DNA of 64,000 nucleotides from an uncultured Verrucomicrobiae bacterium. Lineage in GTDB: Bacteria; Verrucomicrobiota; Verrucomicrobiia; Limisphaerales; Palsa-1400. The stretch lies in contig OY969763.1 in NCBI GenBank assembly GCA_963702845.1, forward strand, positions 128,001-192,000, in the 5' to 3' direction. The notes under the pieces were generated by a model. It was not told the origin of the DNA. It did no database searches and was given only the letters and a program-made list of their open reading frames with translations. Both the position numbers and the translations under genes were made by a program. Shown piece after piece: positions 30,530-40,813 of this stretch; the first letter of the stretch is position 1; every line of letters starts with the position of its first letter.

Positions 30530-32797
30530 TTATGACTTTGGATGACACTTCGCGGCGGCCGTGATTTGGCCTAACGCGATGCCGCCGTCATTGGTTGGAA
30601 CGTGTTGATGCCAATATGGACGGAACCCACTTTGTTTAAGTCGGGTGACGGTGCCGGTGAGCAGCAATTTGTTTTGGAAGCATCCGCCAGTGAGGATAAT
30701 CTTTTCTTCGCCGATGCGTTCAGCGATTTGGATGACCACTGCGGCAAGTGTGTTGTGGAACCTGGTAGCGATCGTTTCGGTAGCGACACCTGCGGCCACA
30801 TCATCGAGTAGCAAAACAATCATTGGTTCCCAATCCACAATCAGTGGTTTGCCCTCACGGATCAGCATTGGATATGCGTCTGACGTTTGCGCACCGGCCG
30901 CAAATTCCAGATCCATGGCGGCTTGTCCTTCGAAGCTGGATTTGTGACGCAGACCTATGATCGAAGCAACTGCGTCGAACAGTCTACCCATGCTCGAAGT
31001 GAGCGGCGCATTCGTGTCGCGTTCGAGCATCTGGCGGACTACGGCCAGCTCTTGCTGCGAACAATTCGCAAAAGGCCGAATTTCGCGATGGAGAAGCATT
31101 TCTTTGCCAAAAATTTCGTAAAGCAATCCAATGGCGGAGCGGCACGGTTGTTTCGCGGCCGCGTCGGCGCCCGGTAGGCGAAAGGTTCTGAGGTGTGCGA
31201 CGCGTTCGAAACTTCCGTCGTTCACAGACAGGAATTCGCCGCCCCAAATGGTGCCGTCTGCCCCTAAACCGGTTCCGTCCCACGCCACGCCGAGTGCTGC
31301 GGGTTTCAATTCATTATCCGCGAGGCAAGACAACACGTGCGCATAATGGTGTTGAACTGCCATGACCGGAATGCCGAGTTCGCGCGCATAACTCGTGGAC
31401 GAATAATCGGGATGCAGATCGCAGGCGACGAGATCTGGCTTTGTTTCGTAAAAGGTTTGTAGGTCGGCGGCGATTTTTTTAAATGCGCAATGTGCTTCTT
31501 TGGTTTCAAGATCACCAATGTGCTGGCTGATCACAATGGTGTCGCGGTGTCTCAGCGCCACGGTGTTTTTTAAATGCGCGCCCACAGCCAAGATCGTGTC
31601 GGCGTGAATTGGCGTCGGTATACAAATTGGCGCGTAACCGCGTCCGCCACGCACGAGCATTTCCCGGTCGAGAACACACCGCACAATTGAGTCGTCCGCA
31701 TGTCGAACAATCGGCCGATTGTGCACCAGAAAAAAATCAGCGATGCCGCGCAGGCGCTCGCGAGCTTCCATTTCTTCGGTGCAAATAGGTTCGTCGCTCA
31801 AGTTTCCACTGGTCGCGACAATAGGCCCGTTGAACTCAAGCATCAGCACGTGATGCAGCGGTGAGTAGGGCAGCATGATGCCGAGATTTGGATTATTTGG
31901 CGCGACAGAAGGAGCAATCGACTTTTGTCCGGGCCGGCGCTGCAACAGTACAATCGGCGCTTGAGGCGAGCAAAGTAGCTGTTCTTCGACCTCGGAAACC
32001 TGGCAAACGGAACGGACGACATCGAGCGAAGGAAACATCAATGCAAATGGTTTTTCTTCCCGATGTTTGCGGCGGCGCAATGTCAGAATGGCCTCGTGAT
32101 TTGCCGCGTCCGCCAGCAAATGAAAACCGCCGATTCCTTTCATTGCCACGATTGCGCCCATCCGAAGCATGTGTGCGGCGAGAGCGAGGGCACGATGGTT
32201 CTTTTCTAAAAAGTCGTTGCTGTCGAACAATTCAACATGTGGGCCGCACACCGGACACGCGTTCGGCTGCGCGTGAAACCGGCGATTATTCGGGTCGTGA
32301 TATTCGGCCTCACAATCTTCGCACATCGCGAAGGATTTCATCGATGTATTCGCACGATCGTAGGGAAGTGATTCGATGATCGTGAAACGTGGCCCGCAAT
32401 TGGTGCAGTTGGTAAATGGATAGAGGTAGCGACGATTTGTTGGATCGAACATTTCGCGCAGGCAATCATCACACGTCGCGATGTCCGGCAAGACTTGCGC
32501 GTTTTTAGCTCCGGCAGCGGAACTTTGGTGAATTTCAAATTGCTCAAATCCTACCGGGGCTGCGAATGTGAAATCCAAGGTGCGAATACTCGCGCGCGGC
32601 GGTTTGTCAGATTTGAGCCGATTGATGAATAGTTCGACGTTCTGCGTGTCGCCTTCAGCTTCAATGGCTACTCCCTGGCTGGAATTCGAAACGGAGCCAT
32701 AAAGGTGTAGTTCGTTAGCGAGCCGAAAAATAAACGGACGGAAACCGACGCCTTGCACGGCGCCGCGCACCATTATCCTGGCTCGCGTGGTGCTCAT
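30530..32797 (-). CDS. hypF: Carbamoyltransferase HypF
   Basis: VQGVGFRPF, CTNCGPR, HAQPNACP.CGP, QHHYAH, NDGGI..GQ. Confidence 0.96.
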   Translation of the reverse strand: MSTTRARIMVRGAVQGVGFRPFIFRLANELHLYGSVSNSSQGVAIEAEGDTQNVELFINRLKSDKPPRASIRTLDFTFAAPVGFEQFEIHQSSAAGAKNAQVLPDIATCDDCLREMFDPTNRRYLYPFTNCTNCGPRFTIIESLPYDRANTSMKSFAMCEDCEAEYHDPNNRRFHAQPNACPVCGPHVELFDSNDFLEKNHRALALAAHMLRMGAIVAMKGIGGFHLLADAANHEAILTLRRRKHREEKPFALMFPSLDVVRSVCQVSEVEEQLLCSPQAPIVLLQRRPGQKSIAPSVAPNNPNLGIMLPYSPLHHVLMLEFNGPIVATSGNLSDEPICTEEMEARERLRGIADFFLVHNRPIVRHADDSIVRCVLDREMLVRGGRGYAPICIPTPIHADTILAVGAHLKNTVALRHRDTIVISQHIGDLETKEAHCAFKKIAADLQTFYETKPDLVACDLHPDYSSTSYARELGIPVMAVQHHYAHVLSCLADNELKPAALGVAWDGTGLGADGTIWGGEFLSVNDGSFERVAHLRTFRLPGADAAAKQPCRSAIGLLYEIFGKEMLLHREIRPFANCSQQELAVVRQMLERDTNAPLTSSMGRLFDAVASIIGLRHKSSFEGQAAMDLEFAAGAQTSDAYPMLIREGKPLIVDWEPMIVLLLDDVAAGVATETIATRFHNTLAAVVIQIAERIGEEKIILTGGCFQNKLLLTGTVTRLKQSGFRPYWHQHVPTNDGGIALGQITAAAKCHPKS

Positions 32798-33498
32798 CTG
32801 AATAGGCCTTCGACAAATCCAATTTGGTAAATGAGAAACAAACCAAATCCAACGCTCAGAAAACTTGTCGCGACCCCTAGTCGTCGATTGAACTGGACCG
32901 AACGCCGTGCCGTCCACGTGAATGGAACCGAAATCGCTGCGGTGATGAACATCATTCCGACAATCGTGCCGACGCCGAACACCATCAGATATGCAACCGC
33001 CCAGCGCGGATCCTGAATGATTGGTATGACCATTAGCGCCAATGCAGCCGAACCAGCCAAACCATGCACGCACCCCACGAGCAGCGGGCGCAACACCTGG
33101 TAGAACCGCAGATTGCCAAATATTTTGTCGAGACGATTTGTGGTTGGGTCCTCCTGCGGAAAACGTTCGTCGGCGTCGCGGTCTTTTAAATTGCGAAACC
33201 AATTGCGCAGATCTTTGAGATTCAGGAGCCCGAGTATGATGAGCATCACGCCGACGGAAAATTCAAGGGCCAGTCCGGTGCGACGAGGGATGACAACGCC
33301 GAACAATAAAATGGCACTGCCGACCAACATGACCGTAATCGTGTGGCCAATGCCCCACAGACAGCCAATCAACGTTGCGCTGTGCAGTTTGTTTTCGCGA
33401 CTGACGATCGTTGTCACTGCAATGACGTGATCGGCGTCGGTTGCATGACGCATACCCAGAAACAGCCCCAGAACAACGACAGAGAATAATGTGATCAT
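32794..33498 (-). CDS. High-affinity nickel transporter (NiCoT/UreH-like)
   Basis: GMRHATDADH, WGIGH, HGLAGSAA. Confidence 0.88.
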   Translation of the reverse strand: MITLFSVVVLGLFLGMRHATDADHVIAVTTIVSRENKLHSATLIGCLWGIGHTITVMLVGSAILLFGVVIPRRTGLALEFSVGVMLIILGLLNLKDLRNWFRNLKDRDADERFPQEDPTTNRLDKIFGNLRFYQVLRPLLVGCVHGLAGSAALALMVIPIIQDPRWAVAYLMVFGVGTIVGMMFITAAISVPFTWTARRSVQFNRRLGVATSFLSVGFGLFLIYQIGFVEGLFR

Positions 33499-34061
33499 GT
33501 CTTTGTCTCTTCCAGTTCGCCCTGTTCCAATTCCAACGCAATCAAATCCGGGCAGGCTTCGATGACAGCGCGGCGAATCGCTAATTCAAGGGTCACGGCT
33601 GATGACGGACAAGTTTTGCAGGTGCCTTGAAATCGCAGCCGTGCAATTCCATCGTGCACACCGAGCACGTCGATGTTGCCGCCGTGGCTTTTCAAATAAG
33701 GCCGAACAGAATCGAGTGCGCCAAGAAGCCGCTCATCAAGCGATTGCGGGTGCAGATCGTGGACAAGTAACAGGCTGCGCAGTAATTCGTCTTTGAGCAG
33801 ACCTGCCATTACCTTTTCATTGTCACGGCCGATCACCTTCACGATGCGGCCCAGTGCTTCGCCGTAAAGTGTTACGACCGACTGCACTGATTCGGCGGCA
33901 AGTTCGCGCGCGGCCAGATTCGGGATTGAATCCAGTTGCGCAAACAATTCTTCGAGGCGAGAGGCGGCGTCCTTGTGATCGGATTTTCCTCCGTTGTTTT
34001 GCAACGGAACGAAATGAGTCTCCGGCAATTCGGTTGGCGCGATTGATTCAACGGTATTCAT
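33495..34061 (-). CDS. NifU-like hydrogenase-associated protein
   Basis: VRPYL.SHGG, G.CKTCPSS..TL. Confidence 0.88.
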   Translation of the reverse strand: MNTVESIAPTELPETHFVPLQNNGGKSDHKDAASRLEELFAQLDSIPNLAARELAAESVQSVVTLYGEALGRIVKVIGRDNEKVMAGLLKDELLRSLLLVHDLHPQSLDERLLGALDSVRPYLKSHGGNIDVLGVHDGIARLRFQGTCKTCPSSAVTLELAIRRAVIEACPDLIALELEQGELEETKT

Positions 34062-34429
34062 TTGGCAATCCGGATAGTTTTAATGGCACACTCCTCGCCT
34101 TCGCGTGCCTCCACCTGACGGCTGCACTTCGGGCATTGGAGTGTTGGAACGGCAGCAAACGAAAGCGCTCCGTCCCAGTATTTTGGCTTACCGCTGTAGC
34201 CGCAGTGCGAACAGGCGACAGCGGCGTCAACGCGTTCGATCTCCAACTCGGAATTTGCGATCTCAGTGTTCTGCGTGATGGAGCGATAGCAAAAGCTCAG
34301 TTGTTCCGGTTCGACGCACGCTAATTCTCCAATCGCCACTCGCACTACCAAAACCTGTGCGGGTGATTGCTCGCGACAAAAAGCCAGCACGTTATCGACG
34401 ATCGAGCAGGCGATGGAGAATTCGTGCAT
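34058..34429 (-). CDS. hypA: Nickel metallochaperone HypA
   Basis: MHEFSIA, two CxxC. Confidence 0.95.
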   Translation of the reverse strand: MHEFSIACSIVDNVLAFCREQSPAQVLVVRVAIGELACVEPEQLSFCYRSITQNTEIANSELEIERVDAAVACSHCGYSGKPKYWDGALSFAAVPTLQCPKCSRQVEAREGEECAIKTIRIAK

Positions 34430-34432
34430 GGA

Positions 34433-35107
34433 TCACAACGCGAGCAACGCGGTCGCGAGTTCGTCAATGCCCTGACCGGTCTTGCAACTTGTATGGATGA
34501 CTTTGATGTCCGGCTTCAGTTTGTGAACGTCGAGTGTCAGTGCTCCGGGGCTCACGTCCATCGCCTGCGCCAAATCGATCTTATTGATGACGACGATGCT
34601 CGCGCCGAGGAACATGTGCGGATGTTTCTTCACCATCCACGGACCTTCCGTCACGCTCACGACCACGACACGGGCTTTCGAGCCGAGCGGAAATTCCGCC
34701 GGGCAAATCAAGTTGCCGATGTTCTCGATGAGAATGAGACTGGTTTTCTGCAGGTCGATTTGTTTGATCGCCTTCGTGACAAGGTTGGCGTCGAGATGAC
34801 AGCCATTCACCGTCGCAATCTGCACAATCGGCACGCCTTGTTTGTGAATCTGCTCGGCGTCTTCCGTTGTCGTTGCGTCCCCATTGAAAACGGCAACACC
34901 GAGTTTGGATTTCAGTCGTTCGACCAAACGCGTTATGAGCGTGGTTTTGCCGGAGCCAATCGCGCCCATGAAATCGATCGCCGTCGTGCCGTGGCGATCA
35001 AGCATGCCGCGATTTTCGTCGGCAATTTTTGCGTTCGCCTGAAGCAGACTGTGCTCGAGCTCGATATCATACGTTTCAGCCGGAGAGGCCTGGATTGTCG
35101 GAATCAT
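34433..35107 (-). CDS. hypB: Nickel insertion GTPase HypB
   Basis: GSGKTT, GCHLDA, ENIGNLICPA, NKIDL. Confidence 0.95.
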   Translation of the reverse strand: MIPTIQASPAETYDIELEHSLLQANAKIADENRGMLDRHGTTAIDFMGAIGSGKTTLITRLVERLKSKLGVAVFNGDATTTEDAEQIHKQGVPIVQIATVNGCHLDANLVTKAIKQIDLQKTSLILIENIGNLICPAEFPLGSKARVVVVSVTEGPWMVKKHPHMFLGASIVVINKIDLAQAMDVSPGALTLDVHKLKPDIKVIHTSCKTGQGIDELATALLAL

Positions 35108-35139
35108 AGTATTACTAGTCCTTCATTCATTGTTGTTGG

Positions 35140-36963
35140 TCATGAACCACGTTTGGCCATGCCGAGTAGTGCTGTCGGGGTGTGTAGTTGTTTGAGGACT
35201 TTGCCGGGGCCGAGATACATGTGAACGCCGCAAGGCAGGCACGGATCGAAACTGCGCACCGCGCGCATGATGTCGATGCCCTTGAAGTTGTCCGGTCCGT
35301 TCTCTTCGAAAATCGGCGTGTTTTGCACGGCGTCTTCGTACGGCCCAGGAGTTCCGTACATGTCGCGCGGGCTGGCGTTCCACGGCGTAGGCGGATACGG
35401 ATGATAATTTGCAATCTTACCCTTTCGAATCACGAGGTGATGCGACAGGACACCGCGAACGGCTTCGTGGAAACCGCACCCAATCGCTTCGTCGGGTACT
35501 TTAAACGGCGTGAACGTTTGCGTGCGACCGGCGCGAACTTCGTCCATCGCCTTTTCAACACAATACATTGCGATGCCAGCGGCATACGCCTGGAAGTACG
35601 TGCGCGCGCGATTACGTTCGATGGCGTTGCTCCATTTCGGAATGCGCCAGACGAATTCCGCTTCGGGCTTTAACATCGTTTTTGGTAATCGAATGCGCAC
35701 GCTTCCGTCGCCGGGCGCTTTGACATAGCCGCAGTCCACCATACCGGAGAGCGCCGTTGACCAGAGCCGCGCAATCGGACCGCCTCCAGTATCGAGTGCC
35801 AGATGGTCGCCGGTCCGTTTGTCGAACCAGCGCGGCGACATCACCCAGGTGTATTTGTCATCGAAGTTGCGCTTCTGCGGTTTTGGAATGGTGGTTTGAT
35901 TCCACGGATGCCGTTTGTCCACTGGATTGCCAAGTGGATCACGACTAACGAACATTTCTCCGGTGCCATTCTCGGCCCAATCGTCATAGAACGACGACCC
36001 CAGCAAAATGCGAATTCCCAGGTTGATATCCACCAGGTTGTTCGTGACTAATTTGCCATCCACGATAATTCCCGGCGTGACAAACATCGCTTTGCCCCAG
36101 TTATCCATGTGTTCGTATTTGTAATCGCAAACATCTGGATCCTGCCACGAACCCCAACAACCCATCAGGACCCGGCGTTGGCCGACCTTCTCGTAACCCG
36201 GCAGCGCTTCATAGAAAAAGTTGAACAGATCGTCGTGCAACGGCACAGCCTTCTTCATGAACTCGCAATACTTCATCAAACGCACCAGATAATCGGTGAA
36301 CACTTGAATCGAAGGCACCGTGCCCACGCCGCCCGGGTAGATGGTGGACGGATGCACGTGTCGACCTTCCATCAGACAGAACATCTCACGCGTGAGCCGG
36401 CTCATCTGCAGAGCTTCGCGATAGAACTCCCCTTCGAACGGGTTAAGCGCCGTCATGATCGCGCCGATCGTGCGGTAACCGTGGTCCTTCGCGTTTGGCG
36501 CTTCGGTTCGCTGCGCTCTGTCCCAGACACCCGGGTTGGTTTCCTTCACCATCATTTCGCAGTAATCCACGCCCACCAGATTTTCCTGGAAGATGCAATG
36601 ATCGAACATGTATTCGGCCGCTTCACCGAGGTTAAGAATCCATTCGGCTAGTGGCGGGTTTTTGATCCCGTAAGCCATGTTCTGCGCGTAAACTGAACAG
36701 GTCGCGTGATTGTCCCCGCAAATTCCACAGATACGGCTCGTGATGAAATGCGCATCACGCGGATCTTTGTTCTGCATGAAGATGCTGTAGCCACGAAAGA
36801 CTGAAGATGTGCTGTAGCACTCCGTGACTTGTTTGTTCGAAAAATCGATTTTCGTGTAGATGCCCAGGCTGCCGACAATGCGAGTGATGGGATCCCATGA
36901 CATCTCAACGATGTTGCCGCGCTGTTCAGCTTTTTTTTCACGAGTGGCGGTTAACGTTTCCAT
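35140..36963 (-). CDS. hhyL: Group 1h [NiFe]-hydrogenase large subunit
   Basis: L1 TSRICGICGDNH; L2 SFDPCLPCGVH. Confidence 0.93.
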   Translation of the reverse strand: METLTATREKKAEQRGNIVEMSWDPITRIVGSLGIYTKIDFSNKQVTECYSTSSVFRGYSIFMQNKDPRDAHFITSRICGICGDNHATCSVYAQNMAYGIKNPPLAEWILNLGEAAEYMFDHCIFQENLVGVDYCEMMVKETNPGVWDRAQRTEAPNAKDHGYRTIGAIMTALNPFEGEFYREALQMSRLTREMFCLMEGRHVHPSTIYPGGVGTVPSIQVFTDYLVRLMKYCEFMKKAVPLHDDLFNFFYEALPGYEKVGQRRVLMGCWGSWQDPDVCDYKYEHMDNWGKAMFVTPGIIVDGKLVTNNLVDINLGIRILLGSSFYDDWAENGTGEMFVSRDPLGNPVDKRHPWNQTTIPKPQKRNFDDKYTWVMSPRWFDKRTGDHLALDTGGGPIARLWSTALSGMVDCGYVKAPGDGSVRIRLPKTMLKPEAEFVWRIPKWSNAIERNRARTYFQAYAAGIAMYCVEKAMDEVRAGRTQTFTPFKVPDEAIGCGFHEAVRGVLSHHLVIRKGKIANYHPYPPTPWNASPRDMYGTPGPYEDAVQNTPIFEENGPDNFKGIDIMRAVRSFDPCLPCGVHMYLGPGKVLKQLHTPTALLGMAKRGS

Positions 36964-36974
36964 AAAGCATCTCC

Positions 36975-38114
36975 TTATTTGCGTTTGAACACTTCCTCGG
37001 TTGAACGGATGTGGCCACGTGAATGATGTGTGCCATCACCGTTACTGCTGCCATTTGCTTCGCCGTAATACTTGGGATGGTATCCGCTAGTGAGCACTGG
37101 TTCGGTGTTGCGCCATTTGGGTTCTTTGTTGACCGCTTTGTTCGTGATGGCGCGGAGTGAGCGGATCAGTTTTCCATACGAGCCCACCATCATGCTCGAG
37201 AATGTCGCGCCCGGCGGTTCGTCCATGAAAGGCATAAACTTGTCCGGGAAACCAGGCATCGTGCACGCAATGCAAATACCGCCGACATTCGGGCAGCCGC
37301 CGATGCCGCTCATCCAACCGCGTTTGGTCACATTGCAATTCACTACCGGACCCCAGCAGCCGATTTTCACGAGGCATTTCGGTGAACCATATTCGTGGGC
37401 GAAGTCGCCTTGTTCGTAATAAGAACCGCGATCGCAACCTTCATGAACTGTTTTGCCGAACAGCCAGGTCGGTCGCAATTTGTCATCGAGTGGAATTACG
37501 GGCGCCATTCCTGCGAGCATGTAGAGGACGTAAAGCAGCGTCTCCATCATATTGTCCGGTTGCACGGGACAACCGGGAACGTTCACGATCGGCAGGCCTG
37601 CTTTCGAGCGCCAATCCCAGCCAAGATAATCCGCGACACCCATGCAGCCCGTTGGATTTCCTTCCATGGCGTGAATGCCGCCGTAAGTCGCACAGGTCCC
37701 TGCAGCCACGACCGCCAACGCCTTGGGCGCGAGCTTATCAATCCATGTGTTGAGAGTAATCGGCTGACCCGTCACAGGATCAGTGCCAATCGCGGCCCAA
37801 TACCCTTCCTCTTTGATATCTTCGTTCGGAATCGAGCCTTCGATTACGAGAATGAAATTATCGAGTTTCCCTTCGGCCGCCTCGAACCAAGGCTTCATGT
37901 AATCGAGTCCGTTTTCGGGCGCGAGCACACGATTGTGGAGATGCACCTTAGGAAGACCGGGAATTGTGCCCATGATTAAATCTTCAATGCTGGGTTGTTG
38001 GGCGGCGGTTATCGAAACCGTATCGCCGTCGCAACTCAGACCATCAGGGGTCCAGAGAATATGAACTTCTTTGACCGGCGGAATATTATCAGCAGCAATT
38101 TTTGGTGTCTTCAT
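36975..38114 (-). CDS. hhyS: Group 1h [NiFe]-hydrogenase small subunit
   Basis: GLSCDGD, GTCATYGG, PGCP, HEGCDR, GGICIAC; no Tat signal. Confidence 0.92.
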   Translation of the reverse strand: MKTPKIAADNIPPVKEVHILWTPDGLSCDGDTVSITAAQQPSIEDLIMGTIPGLPKVHLHNRVLAPENGLDYMKPWFEAAEGKLDNFILVIEGSIPNEDIKEEGYWAAIGTDPVTGQPITLNTWIDKLAPKALAVVAAGTCATYGGIHAMEGNPTGCMGVADYLGWDWRSKAGLPIVNVPGCPVQPDNMMETLLYVLYMLAGMAPVIPLDDKLRPTWLFGKTVHEGCDRGSYYEQGDFAHEYGSPKCLVKIGCWGPVVNCNVTKRGWMSGIGGCPNVGGICIACTMPGFPDKFMPFMDEPPGATFSSMMVGSYGKLIRSLRAITNKAVNKEPKWRNTEPVLTSGYHPKYYGEANGSSNGDGTHHSRGHIRSTEEVFKRK

Positions 38115-38138
38115 GGGTGCACTCCCTTCATAAAAAAT

Positions 38139-38264
38139 TTACATACGCATCAGTTTCAGTTCCCGTCGCATCGACGGCAGTTCGCGCACGAACATCATCG
38201 CCGCACCCAACGCCGCTAATCCTCCGACAACCCACCATGCTCTGACTGCATTTCTTGCTCTCAT
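38139..38264 (-). CDS. 41-aa single-TM peptide of hhy clusters (missing from the ORF track)
   Basis: MRARNAVRAWWVVGGLAALGAAMMFVRELPSMRRELKLMRM*; AAGGAG RBS. Confidence 0.75.
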   Translation of the reverse strand: MRARNAVRAWWVVGGLAALGAAMMFVRELPSMRRELKLMRM

Positions 38265-38274
38265 AATTCTCCTT

Positions 38275-38787
38275 TCAACCCGCCGTTAGGCAGGCATTTG
38301 GTTCCTGGTTCACTGACAATAGATTGGTAACGATCGATTCGATTTCTTCAATGGCTCGCGGAATCGCCGCGCGCACAGGCTCGCTCAAACCCAGTTCCTC
38401 TGATTCCAAAACCGCTGGCTCGCACGCGACCAACAGCAATTTGTCGGGCAGGGGACCCAAGGATTGAGCCAATTGCAAAACGCTGACTGGATTGAGGCTG
38501 TGCGCGTCAGGGGTTGTATTTTCAAACTCGTTAAGTCGAGTAAGATCGGGTTCGATCACTGCAATCGTCCCCGGCGACTCACCGCGTGCCATCGCATCGA
38601 CAAGAATTACCGCATCGAAGCCGTCTGTGAATGCGTACGCTAAATCGTAGCTGCGAATCCCGAAGTCGATCACGCGAACCCGTTCCGGTAAAGGCCTGTG
38701 CGCCAGTTGCTGTGCGACTTCACAGCCAAATCCGTCGTCGCCAAAAAAAATGTTCCCGATGCCGGCGATGAGAATTCGCGGTGTCAT
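38275..38787 (-). CDS. Hydrogenase maturation endopeptidase
   Basis: GIGNIFFGDDGFG, DFGIR, DAHS. Confidence 0.92.
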   Translation of the reverse strand: MTPRILIAGIGNIFFGDDGFGCEVAQQLAHRPLPERVRVIDFGIRSYDLAYAFTDGFDAVILVDAMARGESPGTIAVIEPDLTRLNEFENTTPDAHSLNPVSVLQLAQSLGPLPDKLLLVACEPAVLESEELGLSEPVRAAIPRAIEEIESIVTNLLSVNQEPNACLTAG

Positions 38788-40139
38788 GCTTTCTCCTTCA
38801 CCGCTTCCACCTCATCCACTGTGTAGAAAAAACGGTGTCCCGGTTGCCGCAACATTCCCAGGTCCTTCCCCGGATCATCCTGCACCACCAGCGCGAGATG
38901 CACCCGCGCTTCGGCGTCCTCTTCCACCGCTTCAATAATCGCGATCTTGCCATCCAGCGCGATATCCATGATATCGGCGCGCGCTTTCGGACGGATGCGC
39001 ACGCGATCGCCCGGCTTAAGAAAAGCGCCGTCGATATTGACGCCCTCCCGTCGCTGATTGGTTCCAAAAATCTGTTCTTCCAAAGGCCGAACGCCGCGCA
39101 GCGTCCCGTGCATCTTTAGAAAATCCTCGCCGCTCAAATTTTCGGCGCGCTCGAGCAACTGGCGCGCGGCCGCGTCGACGTTGCGCATTTCGCGCTTCTC
39201 CTCGTCCGTCATCGTGAGAATGCGCAGGTTCAGGATTTCGTCGATTTCAGTTCCGTCAAACAATGGGCCGGCACTCTCCGGTGCGATCTTTGGCCAGTCG
39301 TACAAAATAATCGGTGATGCGAGCATCGTTCGTCGATCGGAGGATTTCTCATCGCCAACAAGGACGGGCCAAACACCGATGTTTCGGCAGTCTTCGGCGA
39401 GACCCTGAAATTCCTCATCCGGTTCGAGCAGTGACACGAATGCACCTTCGTCCAGAGAGAGAACTATGTGGCTGGACGCAAACGTCCTTTCAATGATGGC
39501 GTTCTGATCCGACATATCCCCCGACTCCATCGGAGTCTCATTAATAACCCGCACCGTCACTTTCGTGCAGTTCGGCGCTGGTTCGGTTTCGATATCAATC
39601 TTTCCTTTGATCGCGCATTGTTGACGCAAAATAACGGCGGGAATTTGTCCCTGATCATTTCGTATCGACTCAACAATTCGAGACGGTGGAAATTCGAATT
39701 CAATCGACTTTCGGTGCGTCGCGTTCGATTCCAGCACGGCGTCGGTAACCATGATCTCGCGTTCAACCGCTTCATGCCACGATTGGAACAAACGGCCGTC
39801 CACCTCCACTTTCGGCACGACGTTGAACGCTGGTTCTTTATCTGCGGACCAGTTTGTCACCGGCGATGTCAACACGCCAATCTCCCGGCGCATCGGATGC
39901 AAAAAACGGACACAAACATTGAGTGAGCCGGGCATCCTGTCAGGCGTTTTGACCAGCACCTGCGCTTGCATCATCGACGGCTCAACCCCTCCTTGCGCAG
40001 CGCCGTAATCAGTTGGGTAAACGCGTCCGAAAGTAAATCGCTCGCGCTGGTTTTTCGAAGAAGAGGGGCGATACGGATACAAAATATATCCTTCGTAAAG
40101 AACGGCATTGATGATTTGCTCTAAGGAGGAGTTGTTCAT
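38784..40139 (-). CDS. Conserved hhy-associated protein
   Basis: AVLYEGYILYPYR, SPIILYD, FDGTEIDEIL, DDPG. Confidence 0.85.
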   Translation of the reverse strand: MNNSSLEQIINAVLYEGYILYPYRPSSSKNQRERFTFGRVYPTDYGAAQGGVEPSMMQAQVLVKTPDRMPGSLNVCVRFLHPMRREIGVLTSPVTNWSADKEPAFNVVPKVEVDGRLFQSWHEAVEREIMVTDAVLESNATHRKSIEFEFPPSRIVESIRNDQGQIPAVILRQQCAIKGKIDIETEPAPNCTKVTVRVINETPMESGDMSDQNAIIERTFASSHIVLSLDEGAFVSLLEPDEEFQGLAEDCRNIGVWPVLVGDEKSSDRRTMLASPIILYDWPKIAPESAGPLFDGTEIDEILNLRILTMTDEEKREMRNVDAAARQLLERAENLSGEDFLKMHGTLRGVRPLEEQIFGTNQRREGVNIDGAFLKPGDRVRIRPKARADIMDIALDGKIAIIEAVEEDAEARVHLALVVQDDPGKDLGMLRQPGHRFFYTVDEVEAVKEKA

Positions 40140-40813
40140 GCGGGCACCTCCTGCAATTGCGAATCACCGGCTGCAACGCGTGGAGTCGCCCGTTGCAGCA
40201 GCGAATCGATCGTCTGCTCCCAATTCAAAAACGCTCCGCGTCGCTTGAATTCATACAGCCGATCAAAAACTTCGCGCTCCAAGTAGAACCACGCGCTGTT
40301 CGGATAGTGTTGGTCCATCAGGCTGCGCCAGGTGCTCACCGGCATCTGATAAACGCATTCGCTGTCCCACGAAATCGGTTCCACCTTCAACTGCCCTTCA
40401 GCTTCGTAAAAGACCGATCCGTTAAACAAAAACAGCAACGGCACATTTCCCTGCTCAAGCGCATATATATACTTCGTGGCCGCGATGTTCAGGTCGAACG
40501 TGCACGGCACTTGCAAAACCCCGTTCGCCTTTCCCCGAAAAGCGCACACCGTGGTGTTCGCTTGAGACCACAAGCGATTCCGCAAACTCTGCCCCCACAT
40601 TTCCGGCGGCCCAAACAGCTCGATCAGCTTTTCCTTTTCGGGGCCGCTGTAAGTCCGTTGCGGACATTGAAATTGAATCTGCGCACTGAGCAGCACTGCC
40701 TGGATGCATTCGTCGGCAGGCGAGTTGGTAACCTCCACTTTGAACCCGAGCAACGGGGCCAACCCTCGAGTGGTGGGCTCGACACCGGTGATCTGGAATT
40801 TTAAGTCAGGCAC
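40136..40813 (-). CDS. Conserved hhy-associated protein (DUF6084-like)
   Basis: GTG start with GGAGG; ELFG.P..WG, VPCTFD, HYPNS. Confidence 0.8.
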   Translation of the reverse strand: MPDLKFQITGVEPTTRGLAPLLGFKVEVTNSPADECIQAVLLSAQIQFQCPQRTYSGPEKEKLIELFGPPEMWGQSLRNRLWSQANTTVCAFRGKANGVLQVPCTFDLNIAATKYIYALEQGNVPLLFLFNGSVFYEAEGQLKVEPISWDSECVYQMPVSTWRSLMDQHYPNSAWFYLEREVFDRLYEFKRRGAFLNWEQTIDSLLQRATPRVAAGDSQLQEVPA

